DNA of 63,976 bases, filler included, from Folioceros fuciformis (lineage: Eukaryota): NCBI GenBank assembly GCA_049999805.1. It is 11 parts of 11 records of this genome, joined end to end, with 100 filler letters (N's around TTAATTAATTAA, not from the genome) between each part and the next. Parts side by side here need not be neighbours in the genome. Positions count along the whole stretch, not along the records: positions 60,115 to 63,976 come from JBNGIO010002176.1; 10 more parts are not named here. The stretch is one strand, 5' to 3'. The notes under the pieces are model-generated. The model saw only the letters and a list, made by a program, of their open reading frames with translations, was not told the origin of the DNA and did not search any database. How positions within the stretch are numbered: the first letter of the stretch is position 1; every line of letters begins with the position of its first letter. The translations under genes were made by a program, and so were the position numbers. Shown here one piece after another: positions 63,939-63,976 of the stretch.

Positions 63939-63976
63939 TCGGCTCCGGATCCAGTAATCGGGAAGGGCAAGGCGAT

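Overview
Plant nuclear DNA; the very short introns, GC-rich exons and tight gene packing suggest a compact non-seed-plant genome such as a lycophyte like Selaginella (inference). The window is eleven pieces joined by ten identical 100-nt linkers (44 N + TTAATTAATTAA + 44 N), so adjacency across gaps is unproven. Gene-dense blocks encode an MRS2 Mg transporter, an LDL3-type histone demethylase, an S6PDH/M6PR-type aldo-keto reductase, TBL13, a GT14-like/DUF266 glycosyltransferase, FKBP18, an alpha-1,6-fucosyltransferase-like protein, a DUF2301 membrane protein, a phytocyanin, an A20/AN1 protein, an F-box/kelch-like fragment, a PEP-mutase/ICL-family enzyme and a SUVH4/KYP-like methyltransferase. 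The remainder is nested, mostly decayed Copia and Gypsy LTR retrotransposon sequence. I found no clearly new biological system. The best leads are two tandem peptide arrays inside LDL3, a KYP-like SRA domain with YSG in place of YDG, and a miniature LTR-PBS-PPT element with a tRNA-like internal segment. Family calls come from recalled motifs, and exon boundaries were read by eye and are approximate.
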